Assembly (NCBI GenBank): GCA_026389335.1
Contig: JAPLIB010000091.1
Span: forward strand, 9,246 to 73,245
DNA: 64,000 nt
Direction: 5' to 3'
From: Cyanobacteriota bacterium
GTDB lineage: Bacteria; Cyanobacteriota; Cyanobacteriia; PCC-6307; Cyanobiaceae
The notes below the pieces were generated by a model. The model was not told where the DNA came from and did not search any database. It saw nothing but the letters and a program-made list of their open reading frames with translations. Both the position numbers and the translations under genes were made by a program. This document shows positions 38,687 through 48,772 of the stretch, in pieces (the first letter of the stretch is position 1; each line of letters begins with the position of its first letter).

Positions 38687-41397
38687 TGCAAATCCAGCAG
38701 GGCTCGGAGGGCGGCGGCGGTGCACTCAGCATCGAGGGTGATCGGCTCGCACAACGCCCCTTCGAACACCAGTTCTCGGTAGAGCGGCGGCGTGACTGCA
38801 GGCTGCTCGCTGGTGGCCAGGAGCAGGGCCTGATGCTGCACAATCCCATGAAAATAAGGTGGCGCATAGCGCGGCTGGTGCAGTTCCAATACGCGGGTAC
38901 CTTTGCCAGCAAACACCAGACTGGCCAGGGCACCGCCATGGGGCGCCACCACCAGTTCGGCCGAAGCCAGGGTGGCGGCCTGCTGCGGCAGCTCCATACC
39001 GGCCAGATCCACCGCCTCGAGCTCCACCCCGCCAAGCCTGAGCTGCTCGAGAAGGGCCGCCTCTCCCCATACCGGGCGCCGTGGCGAGGGTCGCCGGTTG
39101 AGCCAGAGCCGGCGCCGCGGCGCCACCGGTGCGATCTCCTCGGCCGCCGGATCGGGCAGGAACCGGCCCCGTAACCAGGCCTGGGCATGGCCTGAAGGCC
39201 AGCCGAAGCGACCGGCAAAAGGCGGAACCAGCAGCCGTTCGGCGCGGATGTGGGGATGGCGGCGGGCATCGATCAACTGCCAGGGCTCAATCCCCAGCTG
39301 TTGCTGAAGAACCGCCAGCCGGGAAGGATCATTGCCACCATTGTGCCAGATACGTAACTGGGCACGTGCCCTGGGATCAAGCGATTCCAGGGCCATGCCG
39401 AGGCGCGGCAACTGCTCCAGCAGCCAGTGGTAGTGGATCTCAGCCGAAAGGTCCGCCACCGCCAGCACCGTGCCCTCCAGCACCAGGGGATCGCGGGTCG
39501 GTGCAGGCTCAGACGCGGCCATCGCCTCGGCGCTGGGCAGCAGATCCTCCAGGCGGCAAGCGGGCCAGGGCTGGGGATAGCGACGGCAGAGCTGGGCCTG
39601 CCGGACTCCCGCAGCGTCGCAGATCACCAGGGCCGCCGTGGTGCCCCAGGGACTGGCCAGGGGATCGCGGATCCAGGCGGAGCCCCCATCGATCCATTGC
39701 AAAGGCGCCGCAGCTGCTTCCGCCAACGGCGGCGGCGGCATCCACAGCACGCCGCCGGCGGCCAGGGCTTTACGGCCCCAGGTTGCCAGGCTGGCCAGAC
39801 CACAGTCCTGGCAACCTGGTCCTTCGCAGCGGTGCCCTGGGGCAAGAGGTCGCCGCTGGGCTAAGGGTGCAGCCCCCAGATCGGCACGGCCGCCGCCGCT
39901 CTGCTCGAGCCGAGAGGCCAGCTGCCCCAGCGCAGCGGCGCCGCTTGGGGCGTGGTCGCGGTGGAGGCAGGCCAAGGCATGCAGCACACCTGGATCGGGA
40001 CACAGGGCGAAGGCCTTCTCCAGGCATGCACCGGCAGCGGCGCCGCTCTGGCCCCAGACCAGCCCTGCCCAGCCCACCAGCAGGGCCGCGAGGCCCTCAA
40101 CGAGAGGGCTGGCCCCGGACGGCTGACCATCCCAGGCCAGCAGAGCATCGAGCCAGCGCAGCGCCCGGACCCGGACCACCAGCACCGGGTCATCGCTGCA
40201 CTCCCAGGCCGCCGCCAGGTCCCAGGGAGACCAGGGGCCCCGACCTGCCAGCGCCGCCAATTCCGCTTGCAGCTGACGGCGCCAATGGGCCAGGCCAGCC
40301 GTCTCGAAACCATGGACGAGCAGGTCCCAGCCCCGCTGATGGCGCTCCTCCGCAGTTCCGGCCGCGGTTGATTCCGGCGGCGTGCCCCTCCGCTCGCGGC
40401 GCTGAAGGCAGGCGAGAACATGGTTCTCGAGGGCGTTCCAGGTGGGGTGGGCCAGTAGGTGCGCCGTTTGAAACGGGCGCCCCTCACGGGCACAGGCACG
40501 CTCCGCGCCCTGGGCCAGGTGGAGCCAGGTGCGTGCCGGACCGAAGGGGCTGGAACCCCAGCTGGAGCGCCAGAGTTCCAGGGACAGGGATTGGTCGTCC
40601 TCCACCCAGGCACTCCAGCCACTCCAAGCCCGGGCAGCAAACAGCAGTTCTGGGCCCTGAAGACGCAGAGGGGCGCTGGCAGGCAGCGAGGCCAGACGCC
40701 GGCCCAGCACCCAGAGCAGGGCCTGGCTCTGGGGCCGCAGGCGGTGGCTGGCACCACCAGGATGAACGCGGTAAGCACAGAGCACCTGCTCCAGCCAGGC
40801 CCCTGGGGCACCGGCCTGGGCCAGGCGCAGCAGCAGGTCCACGTCCTCCGCGTGAGCCAGGGCCGGGTCGAAGCCGCCGCAGGCCTCCAGGGCACGGCGG
40901 CGCAGCATCCAGGCACTGGGCAGGACCGCCTTCAGGCGAAATGCCGGTTCGAGGGTGAAACCCGCCCCCTCCTGCCAGGGCCGCACATCACAACCGCCGA
41001 GCTCACCAGGCTCGAAGCGGAAGCGGCGCCAGCCGCATAGCACCTGGTCGAGCCGGGGCTCCGCCTCCAACAGCTTCGCCTGGGCCGCCAGGCGCCCGGG
41101 CAGGCAGAGGTCGTCGGCATCGAGAAAGGCGATCAACTCGGCTTCAGCGGCCCGCCAGCCGGCGTTGCGAGCCGTCGAGACACCCTCGCCGCCTAGGCGC
41201 AGGATCCGCAGAGGCGCCGGAGTGCCGAGTTGGCGCCAGGTGAGGGCCAGGCATGCGGCCGAGCCGTCGCTGGAGCCATCATCAACGGCCACCAGATCGA
41301 AAGCCACATCACGCTGCACAGCAAGAGATGCCAGGCAGGCAGGCAGCCAAGTGGCCGCATTCCGGAAAGGAACCACCACCGAGACCCGTGCAACCAT
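38683..41397 (-). CDS. GT2 + helical linker + GT61 (DUF563-like) fusion
   Basis: VSVVVPFRN, AVDDGSSD, FLDADD, AEDVDL; C-terminal HYHWLLEQLPRL, ELVVAPHGGALASLVF. Confidence 0.85.
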   Translation of the reverse strand: MVARVSVVVPFRNAATWLPACLASLAVQRDVAFDLVAVDDGSSDGSAACLALTWRQLGTPAPLRILRLGGEGVSTARNAGWRAAEAELIAFLDADDLCLPGRLAAQAKLLEAEPRLDQVLCGWRRFRFEPGELGGCDVRPWQEGAGFTLEPAFRLKAVLPSAWMLRRRALEACGGFDPALAHAEDVDLLLRLAQAGAPGAWLEQVLCAYRVHPGGASHRLRPQSQALLWVLGRRLASLPASAPLRLQGPELLFAARAWSGWSAWVEDDQSLSLELWRSSWGSSPFGPARTWLHLAQGAERACAREGRPFQTAHLLAHPTWNALENHVLACLQRRERRGTPPESTAAGTAEERHQRGWDLLVHGFETAGLAHWRRQLQAELAALAGRGPWSPWDLAAAWECSDDPVLVVRVRALRWLDALLAWDGQPSGASPLVEGLAALLVGWAGLVWGQSGAAAGACLEKAFALCPDPGVLHALACLHRDHAPSGAAALGQLASRLEQSGGGRADLGAAPLAQRRPLAPGHRCEGPGCQDCGLASLATWGRKALAAGGVLWMPPPPLAEAAAAPLQWIDGGSAWIRDPLASPWGTTAALVICDAAGVRQAQLCRRYPQPWPACRLEDLLPSAEAMAASEPAPTRDPLVLEGTVLAVADLSAEIHYHWLLEQLPRLGMALESLDPRARAQLRIWHNGGNDPSRLAVLQQQLGIEPWQLIDARRHPHIRAERLLVPPFAGRFGWPSGHAQAWLRGRFLPDPAAEEIAPVAPRRRLWLNRRPSPRRPVWGEAALLEQLRLGGVELEAVDLAGMELPQQAATLASAELVVAPHGGALASLVFAGKGTRVLELHQPRYAPPYFHGIVQHQALLLATSEQPAVTPPLYRELVFEGALCEPITLDAECTAAALRALLDLQ

Positions 41398-41605
41398 GGG
41401 GGCTGATCGTGTTAGTCGTCGTTCCATGTTGGGATCCGGTCTTCCCGCCTCCCCTTTGAGCTCCCCCGCTCCGTCCTTCACCTCGAACGAGACGGCCAAA
41501 CCGCGACGTCCGAGCCTGCGGCGAGCCCTCATCCGTTTTCTCGGCGGCAACATTGAGCCGAGGTCCACGGCGACGTCTTATCCAGCCGCTCCGGGACCGG
41601 TGGCC

Positions 41606-42526
41606 ATGCCTGTTGCCCTGGCAACGGAGCAAGCCGAGCGCTGCTACGCGTTCGCCGAACAATTGACCAACCAAGGCGCCTCCGACCTGGCTGGCCCGAT
41701 CTATCGCCAGGCCTACCAGATTTTGCGGGGCATTGTCGGCCTGGAGGGAGCTGCCATGGGCTTCCGGCCCAGGCTGCCCCCAGCCGGGGGAACCACGACG
41801 CTGACCGGGGCGTCGATGCAGCCCAGCTCAGCCCACTCCGCACCCATGGCCCCTGCCGCGACGCCGCCAGCGTCGCGGCCCTCCTTGGAGCAGCGGCTGC
41901 AGCCCCTCAAGGAGCAACTCAGCGCCAGCACGGCCAGGACCATCCAGCAGGAGCTGCTTAACCTGCTCCAGGAGGGTCACCGCGACCCCGATCTCACCAA
42001 CCTCCTGGGGCTGTCCGCCCTGTTGCAGAACCAAGGCAGCGAAGCCGAGCGCTGGTTCCGGCAAACGGTGACTCTCAACCCCCGCCATTACCGCGCCTTG
42101 GTGAATCTGGGTGGCATCTGCCTGGCCAGCGGGCGGCTGCAGGAGGCGAGCCAACTGCTGACCAGCGCCACGGAACTGGTGGATCCCAACTCCAGCGAGG
42201 CCCTGGCCTCCCTCACCAATCTCTCCCTGGCCCAACAGCAGCTGGGTCGCCCCATGGAGGCCGCCCAGCTGGTGCTGCGCATCTACCGGATCAAGCCCGA
42301 TCAGCTGCGGCCTGAAAGCCTGGCCGCGGCGGCTCAGACGCTGGAATCGATGGGTGAGGACGACGCCGCCATCGAGCTGCTTCAGTACCTGCGCCGCCAG
42401 GGCTCTGGCAGCGACACCATCCGCAAGCTGGCCCAGTTGCTCGAGCGCCGTGGCAACTTCCAGGAGGCAGCGATGGTGTATCGCGACCTGCTAGCTCAAC
42501 CCGGGGCCATGGCCGGCCAGCCGTGA
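41606..42526 (+). CDS. TPR protein
   Basis: AERWFRQTVTLNPRHYRALVNLGGI, ALASLTNLSLA, KLAQLLERRGNFQEAAMVYRDLL. Confidence 0.8.
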   Translation: MPVALATEQAERCYAFAEQLTNQGASDLAGPIYRQAYQILRGIVGLEGAAMGFRPRLPPAGGTTTLTGASMQPSSAHSAPMAPAATPPASRPSLEQRLQPLKEQLSASTARTIQQELLNLLQEGHRDPDLTNLLGLSALLQNQGSEAERWFRQTVTLNPRHYRALVNLGGICLASGRLQEASQLLTSATELVDPNSSEALASLTNLSLAQQQLGRPMEAAQLVLRIYRIKPDQLRPESLAAAAQTLESMGEDDAAIELLQYLRRQGSGSDTIRKLAQLLERRGNFQEAAMVYRDLLAQPGAMAGQP

Positions 42527-43320
42527 GCGATGCCAGCCTGCCGTTTGCGATCAACCAGCTCGGCACCGACCTGCCCCTGCCGGATCCCCAGCTGCTCACC
42601 AACCTGGCCGCCACTGAGCTGCTGGACGCGTACCTGCAACGCCGCTTGCTCGAGGCACTTGTGGCCATCCACGGCGCCGCCGTCGAAGCTTCGGGCGACA
42701 AAGACACCGAGCCTGAACTCGGGTCCGAAGAGGTCCTCATGGCCTATGGGCGCCGCCGCGGGCTAGCCGATCTTGAGGCCTTGGACGCCTGGCGCCGCAG
42801 CCTGGGCCTGGACCTGGACCAACTCGAGCGGCTGGTGCAGTTTGACGCGGATCTGGCTGCCACAACCGAGGAGCTCTGGAACTCCCAGGTGACGAGCCTG
42901 TTCATCCAGGAGCGGCTCAGCTACGACCAGGTGGTGATGAGCATGGTGCGCCTCGACGACCCTGATCTGGCCACCGAGCTGTTCTTTCAATTACAGGAGG
43001 GCGAACTCAGCTTTCCCTCCCTTGTTGAGAACTACTCCAAGGGCAACGATCGCACCAATCGCGGTGTGATCGGCCCGATTCGCCTTAAGCAGCTCAACCC
43101 CCTGTTGGCCAAGGTGGTGCGCCGCTATGCCCCTGGAGAGCTGATCCCCCCCCATGACATCAACGGCACAGTGCACCTGATGCGAGTCGAATCGCTGGAA
43201 TCGGCCCAGCTCGATGAACCGTTGCGTCAGCAGCTGCTGGGCCAGTTACGCAGCCAGTGGTTGATGCGACAGCTGGCCACGCTGCACAGGCGCCTGCAGG
43301 ACGACCCCGCCACCACCTGA
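42523..43320 (+). CDS. Parvulin/PpiC-type peptidyl-prolyl isomerase associated with T1SS
   Basis: YDQVVMSMVRL, ATELFFQLQEGE.SF..L...YS.G......G.IGP, GELIPP. Confidence 0.85.
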   Translation: MSDASLPFAINQLGTDLPLPDPQLLTNLAATELLDAYLQRRLLEALVAIHGAAVEASGDKDTEPELGSEEVLMAYGRRRGLADLEALDAWRRSLGLDLDQLERLVQFDADLAATTEELWNSQVTSLFIQERLSYDQVVMSMVRLDDPDLATELFFQLQEGELSFPSLVENYSKGNDRTNRGVIGPIRLKQLNPLLAKVVRRYAPGELIPPHDINGTVHLMRVESLESAQLDEPLRQQLLGQLRSQWLMRQLATLHRRLQDDPATT

Positions 43321-43322
43321 AG

Positions 43323-46265
43323 ATGAATCGTCTCGCCGAACTGCTGCGCAGCTCCCCGCTGCTGTTGCCTCTCTCCGAGGAGCGCATCACAGCCCTGGTG
43401 GATGGAGCGCGTCTCGTGCAGTTGCCCCTGGGACAGGCCCTGCAGCGGGCCGGTCAACTGCCCAGCGGGGCTGCCCTGCTGCTGGAAGGCCGCCTACGGC
43501 GTCTGCTGGCCAAGCCCGGTGGCTCCCCCTGGAACCTTGGCTTCGTGGAGCCAGGGGAGTGGCTGGGGTGGTCTGCCCTGTGGCGGAATGAACCAGAACT
43601 CACACTGATCGCCTCGCGCCCCAGCACCGTGCTGCTACTGAGCGCCCCGGTAGCGCTGGCAGCGCTCGAGGCCGACGCCAGCCTGCGCCGGGCCCTGCAG
43701 ATGCCGAGCTTTGAGGAGTTGGCGGTGCTGATGGCCGGCGAGTGGGAGCGACAGGGCGTCTTCGTGGAGAATCAACTCGATCGGCTGCGGCAGCTGCAGC
43801 GCGACACCCGTGTGCTCGGCCCCGACGACCAGCTGCCCTCCGGCCACTTGCTGCTGTTCAGCGGACCGCGCCAGCCGGGGGGCCTGCAGCCGGGCGAACG
43901 CCTGACGGCGGAATCGAGCCAATGGCGCCAGGGCGCCGGCCGTCTGCCGCCGCGGGTGCTGGCGATCCCAGAGGCCGCCCTGGTGGCGCCGGTGGCTGGC
44001 GCCACCACCAGCTCGGCCCTCACCGTGACCCGTCCCTTGGGCCTGGAGGAGAGCAGCGAAGCTGAGGGCGAGGACGCGCTGTCCGCCAGCGCAGCCAAGG
44101 GAACGACCGGGTTCTCCAGCCGGGGCGCCGACGCCAGCCGGGTGGAGCAAGCGCTGGGCTGCATCCTGCACCTGGCGGCCGCCCGCAGGCTCGCCATCTC
44201 GGAAGATCTGCTTCGCAACAGCCTGGAGGATATTGAGCAGCGCCTGGAGGCCCTGCGGCTGCCCCAGGTGGGGCTGCAGCTGGAGGCCATCGGCTTCGAA
44301 ACCCGGCCACTGCGGGCCCGGCCCTGGGACCTGGCTCGACTGGAACCGCCGGCCATGATCGACCTTGACGGCGCCTTTGTGCTGCTGCTGGCCGGCGGGA
44401 CGAGTGGCGGCGTGTTGATCGGCGATCCACGCCACGGCCTGCGCCGCTATGGCCTTGCCCAACTGGAGAAGCGCTACCCAGAGGGCCTGGATGTGCTGGT
44501 GATCCGACCGGAGCGGCTGGATCAGCAGGCCAGCAGCTTCGGGGTGGGCTGGTTCATGCCGGCCTTCCTGCGCTATCCGAATCTGCTGGCGCTGACGCTG
44601 CTCTCGGGCTTCGTGGCCCAGCTGCTCGCAGCCGCCTCCCCCCTGGGGATCATGTTGCTGCTCAACGTGGTGGTAAGCCAGAACAACACCTCGCTGTTGC
44701 TACCGCTGACGCTGGTGCTTACGGTGGCGGCGATCGCCGGCGCCCTGCTCAACGGTATCCGGGCTCTGCTGAGCGCCGACCTTTCGGACAGGGTGGACGT
44801 GCGGCTGGGCTCAGCCGTGGTGGAGCACCTACTGCGACTGCCACTGCCTTATTTCGAGCGGCGCCAGGTGGGCGCCATTCTCTACAACGTGAATCAGCTT
44901 TACACCATCCGTCAGTTTCTGGTGCAGCAGGTGCTTGGGGTGGGGCTGGACCTGCTCTTCAGTGTGGTGTTTCTGGTGGTGCTTTACATCGTCAGCCCCA
45001 CCCTGACCTGGATCACGCTGTTGGTGGTGCCGGTGCTGATCGTGCTCAACCTCACCAGCACGCCTCTGCTGCAGCGGTTGATCAAGGAGAGCAACCGCCA
45101 TGCCGCCGCCGCAAGCTCCTATCTGGTGGAGATTCTCGGCGGCATGCGCACGGTGAAGAGTCAGAACTTCGAAGTGGAGGCGCGCTGGGAATGGCTGGAG
45201 CGCTACCGCCTTTACACCAACACACGCTTCCGACTCACCGAATTGACCAGCCTGCTGAGCGAAACCGGCAACCTGGTGCGCAACCTGCTCGAACTGGCTG
45301 TGTTCGTGGTGGGAGCCTGGCTGATCACCCAGAACGAGCTCAACGTGGGCGCCCTGATCGCCGTGCGGCTGCTGGGCGGCAACCTGGTGAACCCGCTGCT
45401 GCGACTCTCGACGCTCTGGCAGGGCTACCAGGAGATGAAAATCTCCCTGGCCTGCATCGGTGAGGTGATGCTCACGCTGCCGGAGGTGGGCGAAGAGGAT
45501 CTCCAGGCCCTACCGCTGCGAGCGGTGAAAGGGGAGCTGCGCTTTGAGGCGGTGAGCTTTCGCTACGGCGACCGCGGACCGATGGTGCTCGATGAACTCG
45601 ACCTGCTGATTCCAGCCGGCCAACTGGTGGGCATCGTGGGCCTCAGCGGCAGCGGCAAGAGCACGCTGGTGCAGCTGATTGATCGGCTCTACCTGCCACG
45701 CGATGGCCACATCTACCTGGATGGCTACGCCATCGACAAGTTGCAGCTGGCAGGCCTGCGCCGCCGCATCGGCTATGTGCCCCAGGACAGCCTGCTGTTC
45801 GAGGGCACCGTGCTCGACAACATCCGCCTCAATAACCCGGACGCCGACATGGAGGCTGTAGCGGCTGCCGCCCGGGTGGCTGACGCCCATGCGTTCATCA
45901 TGGATCTCGCCAATGGCTATGCCACTCGCCTCGGCGAGCGGGGTGCGGGCCTGAGCGGTGGCCAGCGACAACGCATTTGCCTTGCCCGCACCGTGCTGCA
46001 GGACCCCTCGCTGCTGATCCTCGACGAGGCCACCTCTGCCCTCGATGCCGACACTGAGCAGCGGGTGTGCCGCAACCTGGCCGAGCGCTTTGCCGGCTCC
46101 ACGGTGCTGTTCATCACCCACCGGCTCACCACGCTCACAGGCACCGATCGAATCCTTTACATGGAACGCGGCCACATCATCGAAGATGGAAGCCATGCCG
46201 AGCTTCTCGCCCGCAGGGGATCCTATGCAGCGCTGTGGCAGCAGCAAATGGGAAAAACAAACTAA
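43323..46265 (+). CDS. Type I secretion ABC transporter: cNMP-binding + C39-like + TMD + NBD
   Basis: N-terminal cNMP-fold (LEGRLR...GEWLGW), PYFERRQVG, GLSGSGKST, LSGGQRQR, LILDEATSALD. Confidence 0.92.
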   Translation: MNRLAELLRSSPLLLPLSEERITALVDGARLVQLPLGQALQRAGQLPSGAALLLEGRLRRLLAKPGGSPWNLGFVEPGEWLGWSALWRNEPELTLIASRPSTVLLLSAPVALAALEADASLRRALQMPSFEELAVLMAGEWERQGVFVENQLDRLRQLQRDTRVLGPDDQLPSGHLLLFSGPRQPGGLQPGERLTAESSQWRQGAGRLPPRVLAIPEAALVAPVAGATTSSALTVTRPLGLEESSEAEGEDALSASAAKGTTGFSSRGADASRVEQALGCILHLAAARRLAISEDLLRNSLEDIEQRLEALRLPQVGLQLEAIGFETRPLRARPWDLARLEPPAMIDLDGAFVLLLAGGTSGGVLIGDPRHGLRRYGLAQLEKRYPEGLDVLVIRPERLDQQASSFGVGWFMPAFLRYPNLLALTLLSGFVAQLLAAASPLGIMLLLNVVVSQNNTSLLLPLTLVLTVAAIAGALLNGIRALLSADLSDRVDVRLGSAVVEHLLRLPLPYFERRQVGAILYNVNQLYTIRQFLVQQVLGVGLDLLFSVVFLVVLYIVSPTLTWITLLVVPVLIVLNLTSTPLLQRLIKESNRHAAAASSYLVEILGGMRTVKSQNFEVEARWEWLERYRLYTNTRFRLTELTSLLSETGNLVRNLLELAVFVVGAWLITQNELNVGALIAVRLLGGNLVNPLLRLSTLWQGYQEMKISLACIGEVMLTLPEVGEEDLQALPLRAVKGELRFEAVSFRYGDRGPMVLDELDLLIPAGQLVGIVGLSGSGKSTLVQLIDRLYLPRDGHIYLDGYAIDKLQLAGLRRRIGYVPQDSLLFEGTVLDNIRLNNPDADMEAVAAAARVADAHAFIMDLANGYATRLGERGAGLSGGQRQRICLARTVLQDPSLLILDEATSALDADTEQRVCRNLAERFAGSTVLFITHRLTTLTGTDRILYMERGHIIEDGSHAELLARRGSYAALWQQQMGKTN

Positions 46266-46282
46266 AAACAAACACAAAAACC

Positions 46283-47527
46283 ATGCCTGATATAACAAAA
46301 GGCACCAAAAAAGCGGGAAATCCGCTCAAAACAGATCCAAGTAAAAAGGCTCAGGACCCAACCAGATCTGCTGTGCTGGGATCACCGCCACCCTCCACTT
46401 CCACTGCAGACCGTGGTGCCCTTACCGCAATCCAGGCCCCGAATTTACGGCTAGAAAGCCGGCCCACGCCGCTGTTTCCCATGCTGCTGGGCGGCGCCGT
46501 GGCGATCTTGGTCCTCACCGGGGTGGGCTTTGCAGCCCTTGTCAGAGTGGATCAGATCGTCACGGTGCCAGGCACACTTCGCACCATGCGTTCCACGCAG
46601 GATGTGAAGCCCGACGAGCCAGGCCAGGTGACGACCGTCCTCGTGAAGGAGGGGCAGCTGGTCCAAGCCGGCACGCCGCTGGTGGTGCTCGACAGCACCG
46701 TGCTGCGTGGCCGCCAGCAAGCCCTGGCGACCCAGGACCGTGAGCTGGGCACGAGCACAGCGGCGGAGGTGATCCGCCTGCAAGGGGCCCTGGCCGAGCT
46801 GCAGGCCAGCGAAACCGGCCTGCAGAACCAGATCGCCATCAACAAGCAACAGCTGACCAGTCTGCAGGCACTGGAAACCCAGGGGGCCGCCTCCCGCTTT
46901 CAGCTGCTCGACTACGAGAAAACCATCGCCCAACTGGAATCACAACTGCAGCAGAACCTCAAACAACGGGTGAAACTGACAGCCGAATCGAGCCAGAAAC
47001 AAGCCGAATTGGCCCAGCAGCAGGCCGAGAATCGAGCCAACCGGGTGGAAACAGGGGAAAAACTGCAGCGGGTGGTGCTGCGGGCGCCCCTCACCGGCAC
47101 GATCCTCAACCTCAAGGCCAAGCAGGCCCTGGTGGTGGGCGCCGGTGAGGTGCTATTGCAGCTGGTGCCCGCCGACAGCCTGCGGGCCGAGGCCTTCATG
47201 GGCAACCAAGACCTCGCCTTCGTGCGCCCGGGCCAGAAAGCCGACATCTCCGTGGCCTCCTATGACCGCAGCCGCTATGGAATCATCACCGCCACGGTGC
47301 GCACGATCGGCACCGATGCCCTGCCCCCGGACCAGACCTACAACTACGAGCGCTTTCCCGTGAGCCTGCGGCTCGATCGCCAGTATGTGGAAAAGGAAGG
47401 CAAGCACTACCCACTGCAGGCCGGTATGGGGATTGCGGTGGACCTGCGCCTGGAGAAGCGCACGATCATGGAGTTGCTGGAGAGCGCGCTGCTCAAGGGC
47501 ACCGATGCCGTGCGCACCATCCGCTGA
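46283..47527 (+). CDS. HlyD-family membrane fusion protein
   Basis: TM, then VRVDQIVTVPG, VLVKEGQLVQAG, coiled coil, LRAPLTGTI, GIITATVRTIGTDA, LQAGM. Confidence 0.93.
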   Translation: MPDITKGTKKAGNPLKTDPSKKAQDPTRSAVLGSPPPSTSTADRGALTAIQAPNLRLESRPTPLFPMLLGGAVAILVLTGVGFAALVRVDQIVTVPGTLRTMRSTQDVKPDEPGQVTTVLVKEGQLVQAGTPLVVLDSTVLRGRQQALATQDRELGTSTAAEVIRLQGALAELQASETGLQNQIAINKQQLTSLQALETQGAASRFQLLDYEKTIAQLESQLQQNLKQRVKLTAESSQKQAELAQQQAENRANRVETGEKLQRVVLRAPLTGTILNLKAKQALVVGAGEVLLQLVPADSLRAEAFMGNQDLAFVRPGQKADISVASYDRSRYGIITATVRTIGTDALPPDQTYNYERFPVSLRLDRQYVEKEGKHYPLQAGMGIAVDLRLEKRTIMELLESALLKGTDAVRTIR

Positions 47528-47536
47528 GCCGCCGCC

Positions 47537-48772
47537 ATGCGGATCCTGCTGGTGCACCAGAACTTCCCGGGCCAGTTCCGCCACCTGGCCCGGGCCCTGG
47601 TGGAGGCTGGTCACGACGTGGTCGCCATCGGCTGCCGCGACGAGCAGCCGGCCTTGGCGGGCCTGCGCTACTGCAGGATCGCGGCCGATGCCGACGGGGA
47701 GCTGAGGCGGCCGGGAATCGAGGCCCGCTGCCAGGCCCAGCTGGCCCAGGGCCGGCGGGTGGCGGAGCAGCTGCAGGGGCTGGCTGCCGGGGGCTGGCGC
47801 CCCGACGTGGTGGCGGGGCATCCCTTCTGGGGCGATCTGCTGTTTCTCGACGACGTGTATGCCGAGGTGCCGCTGCTGGCCCTGATGGAACTCGACCTGG
47901 CGCGGCTGCCCGCCCCCCGGGGCCAGGCGCCGGGGGCGGAGCCGGGCCTGATGCAGTGGACCACCCTGCAGGCGGCCCATCGCATGGCGGCCGGCATCAG
48001 CGCCACGACCTTCCAACGCGGCAGCTTCCCCCCCTGGTTGCAGCCCCGTATCGCCGTGATCCACGAGGGAGTGGATCTGCAGCTCTGCATCCCCCACAGC
48101 GCCGGGCCGCTGGAGCTGCCCAATGGTGTGCGGCTACTGGCCGGCCAGCCGCTGATCAGCTTTGCCTCCCGGAACCTCGAGCCGCTGCGGGGCTTCGCCA
48201 CCCTGCTGTGGGCCCTACCGGCGGTACTGGCGCAGCACCCCGGGGTGCAGGTGGTGATCGTCGGAGATGAGGCCGATGGCTACGGCCGGCCAGCGCCCAC
48301 CGGCAGCACCTGGAAGCGGGAGCTGCTGGCCCAGCTGGGGGAACGCCTCGATCGACGCCGGGTGCACTTCACAGGACTGCTGCCCTATAAACACCTCCTC
48401 CAGCTGTTCCAGATGAGCTGGGCCCATGTGTATCTCACCGAGCCCTACGTGCTCAGCTGGAGCTTGCTGGAGGCGATGGCCTGCGGCGCCCTGGTGGTGG
48501 GCTCACGCACGGCACCGGTGCAGGAAGTGATCGAGCACGGCCGCCAGGGCCTGCTGGTGGACCTGCACAATCCCGAGGAGCTGGCAGCAACCCTTGTGGA
48601 GGTGCTGGAGCGACAACCAGCCCTGGGAGCCCTGCGCCTGGCAGCGCGGCGCCGGGTGGCGGAGCGCTTCGACCGCCGCCGCTGCGTGACCCGCCAGATC
48701 GCCCTGCTGTCAGATCTGGCAGCGAGACGCGACCCATTTGCCAAGGGTGGCTCCTACCAGGAGGCTCCATGA
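47537..48772 (+). CDS. GT4 glycosyltransferase (HQNFPGQ-type N-terminus)
   Basis: MRILLVHQNFPGQFRHLA, RNLEPLRGF, YLTEPYVLSWSLLEAMACG. Confidence 0.9.
   Translation: MRILLVHQNFPGQFRHLARALVEAGHDVVAIGCRDEQPALAGLRYCRIAADADGELRRPGIEARCQAQLAQGRRVAEQLQGLAAGGWRPDVVAGHPFWGDLLFLDDVYAEVPLLALMELDLARLPAPRGQAPGAEPGLMQWTTLQAAHRMAAGISATTFQRGSFPPWLQPRIAVIHEGVDLQLCIPHSAGPLELPNGVRLLAGQPLISFASRNLEPLRGFATLLWALPAVLAQHPGVQVVIVGDEADGYGRPAPTGSTWKRELLAQLGERLDRRRVHFTGLLPYKHLLQLFQMSWAHVYLTEPYVLSWSLLEAMACGALVVGSRTAPVQEVIEHGRQGLLVDLHNPEELAATLVEVLERQPALGALRLAARRRVAERFDRRRCVTRQIALLSDLAARRDPFAKGGSYQEAP

Noticed and set aside
41606-47527. Bacteriocin/RiPP gene cluster
   Set aside because: No double-glycine or Nif11 precursor and no modification enzymes; the C39 domain lacks the catalytic motif; an RTX substrate is nearby.
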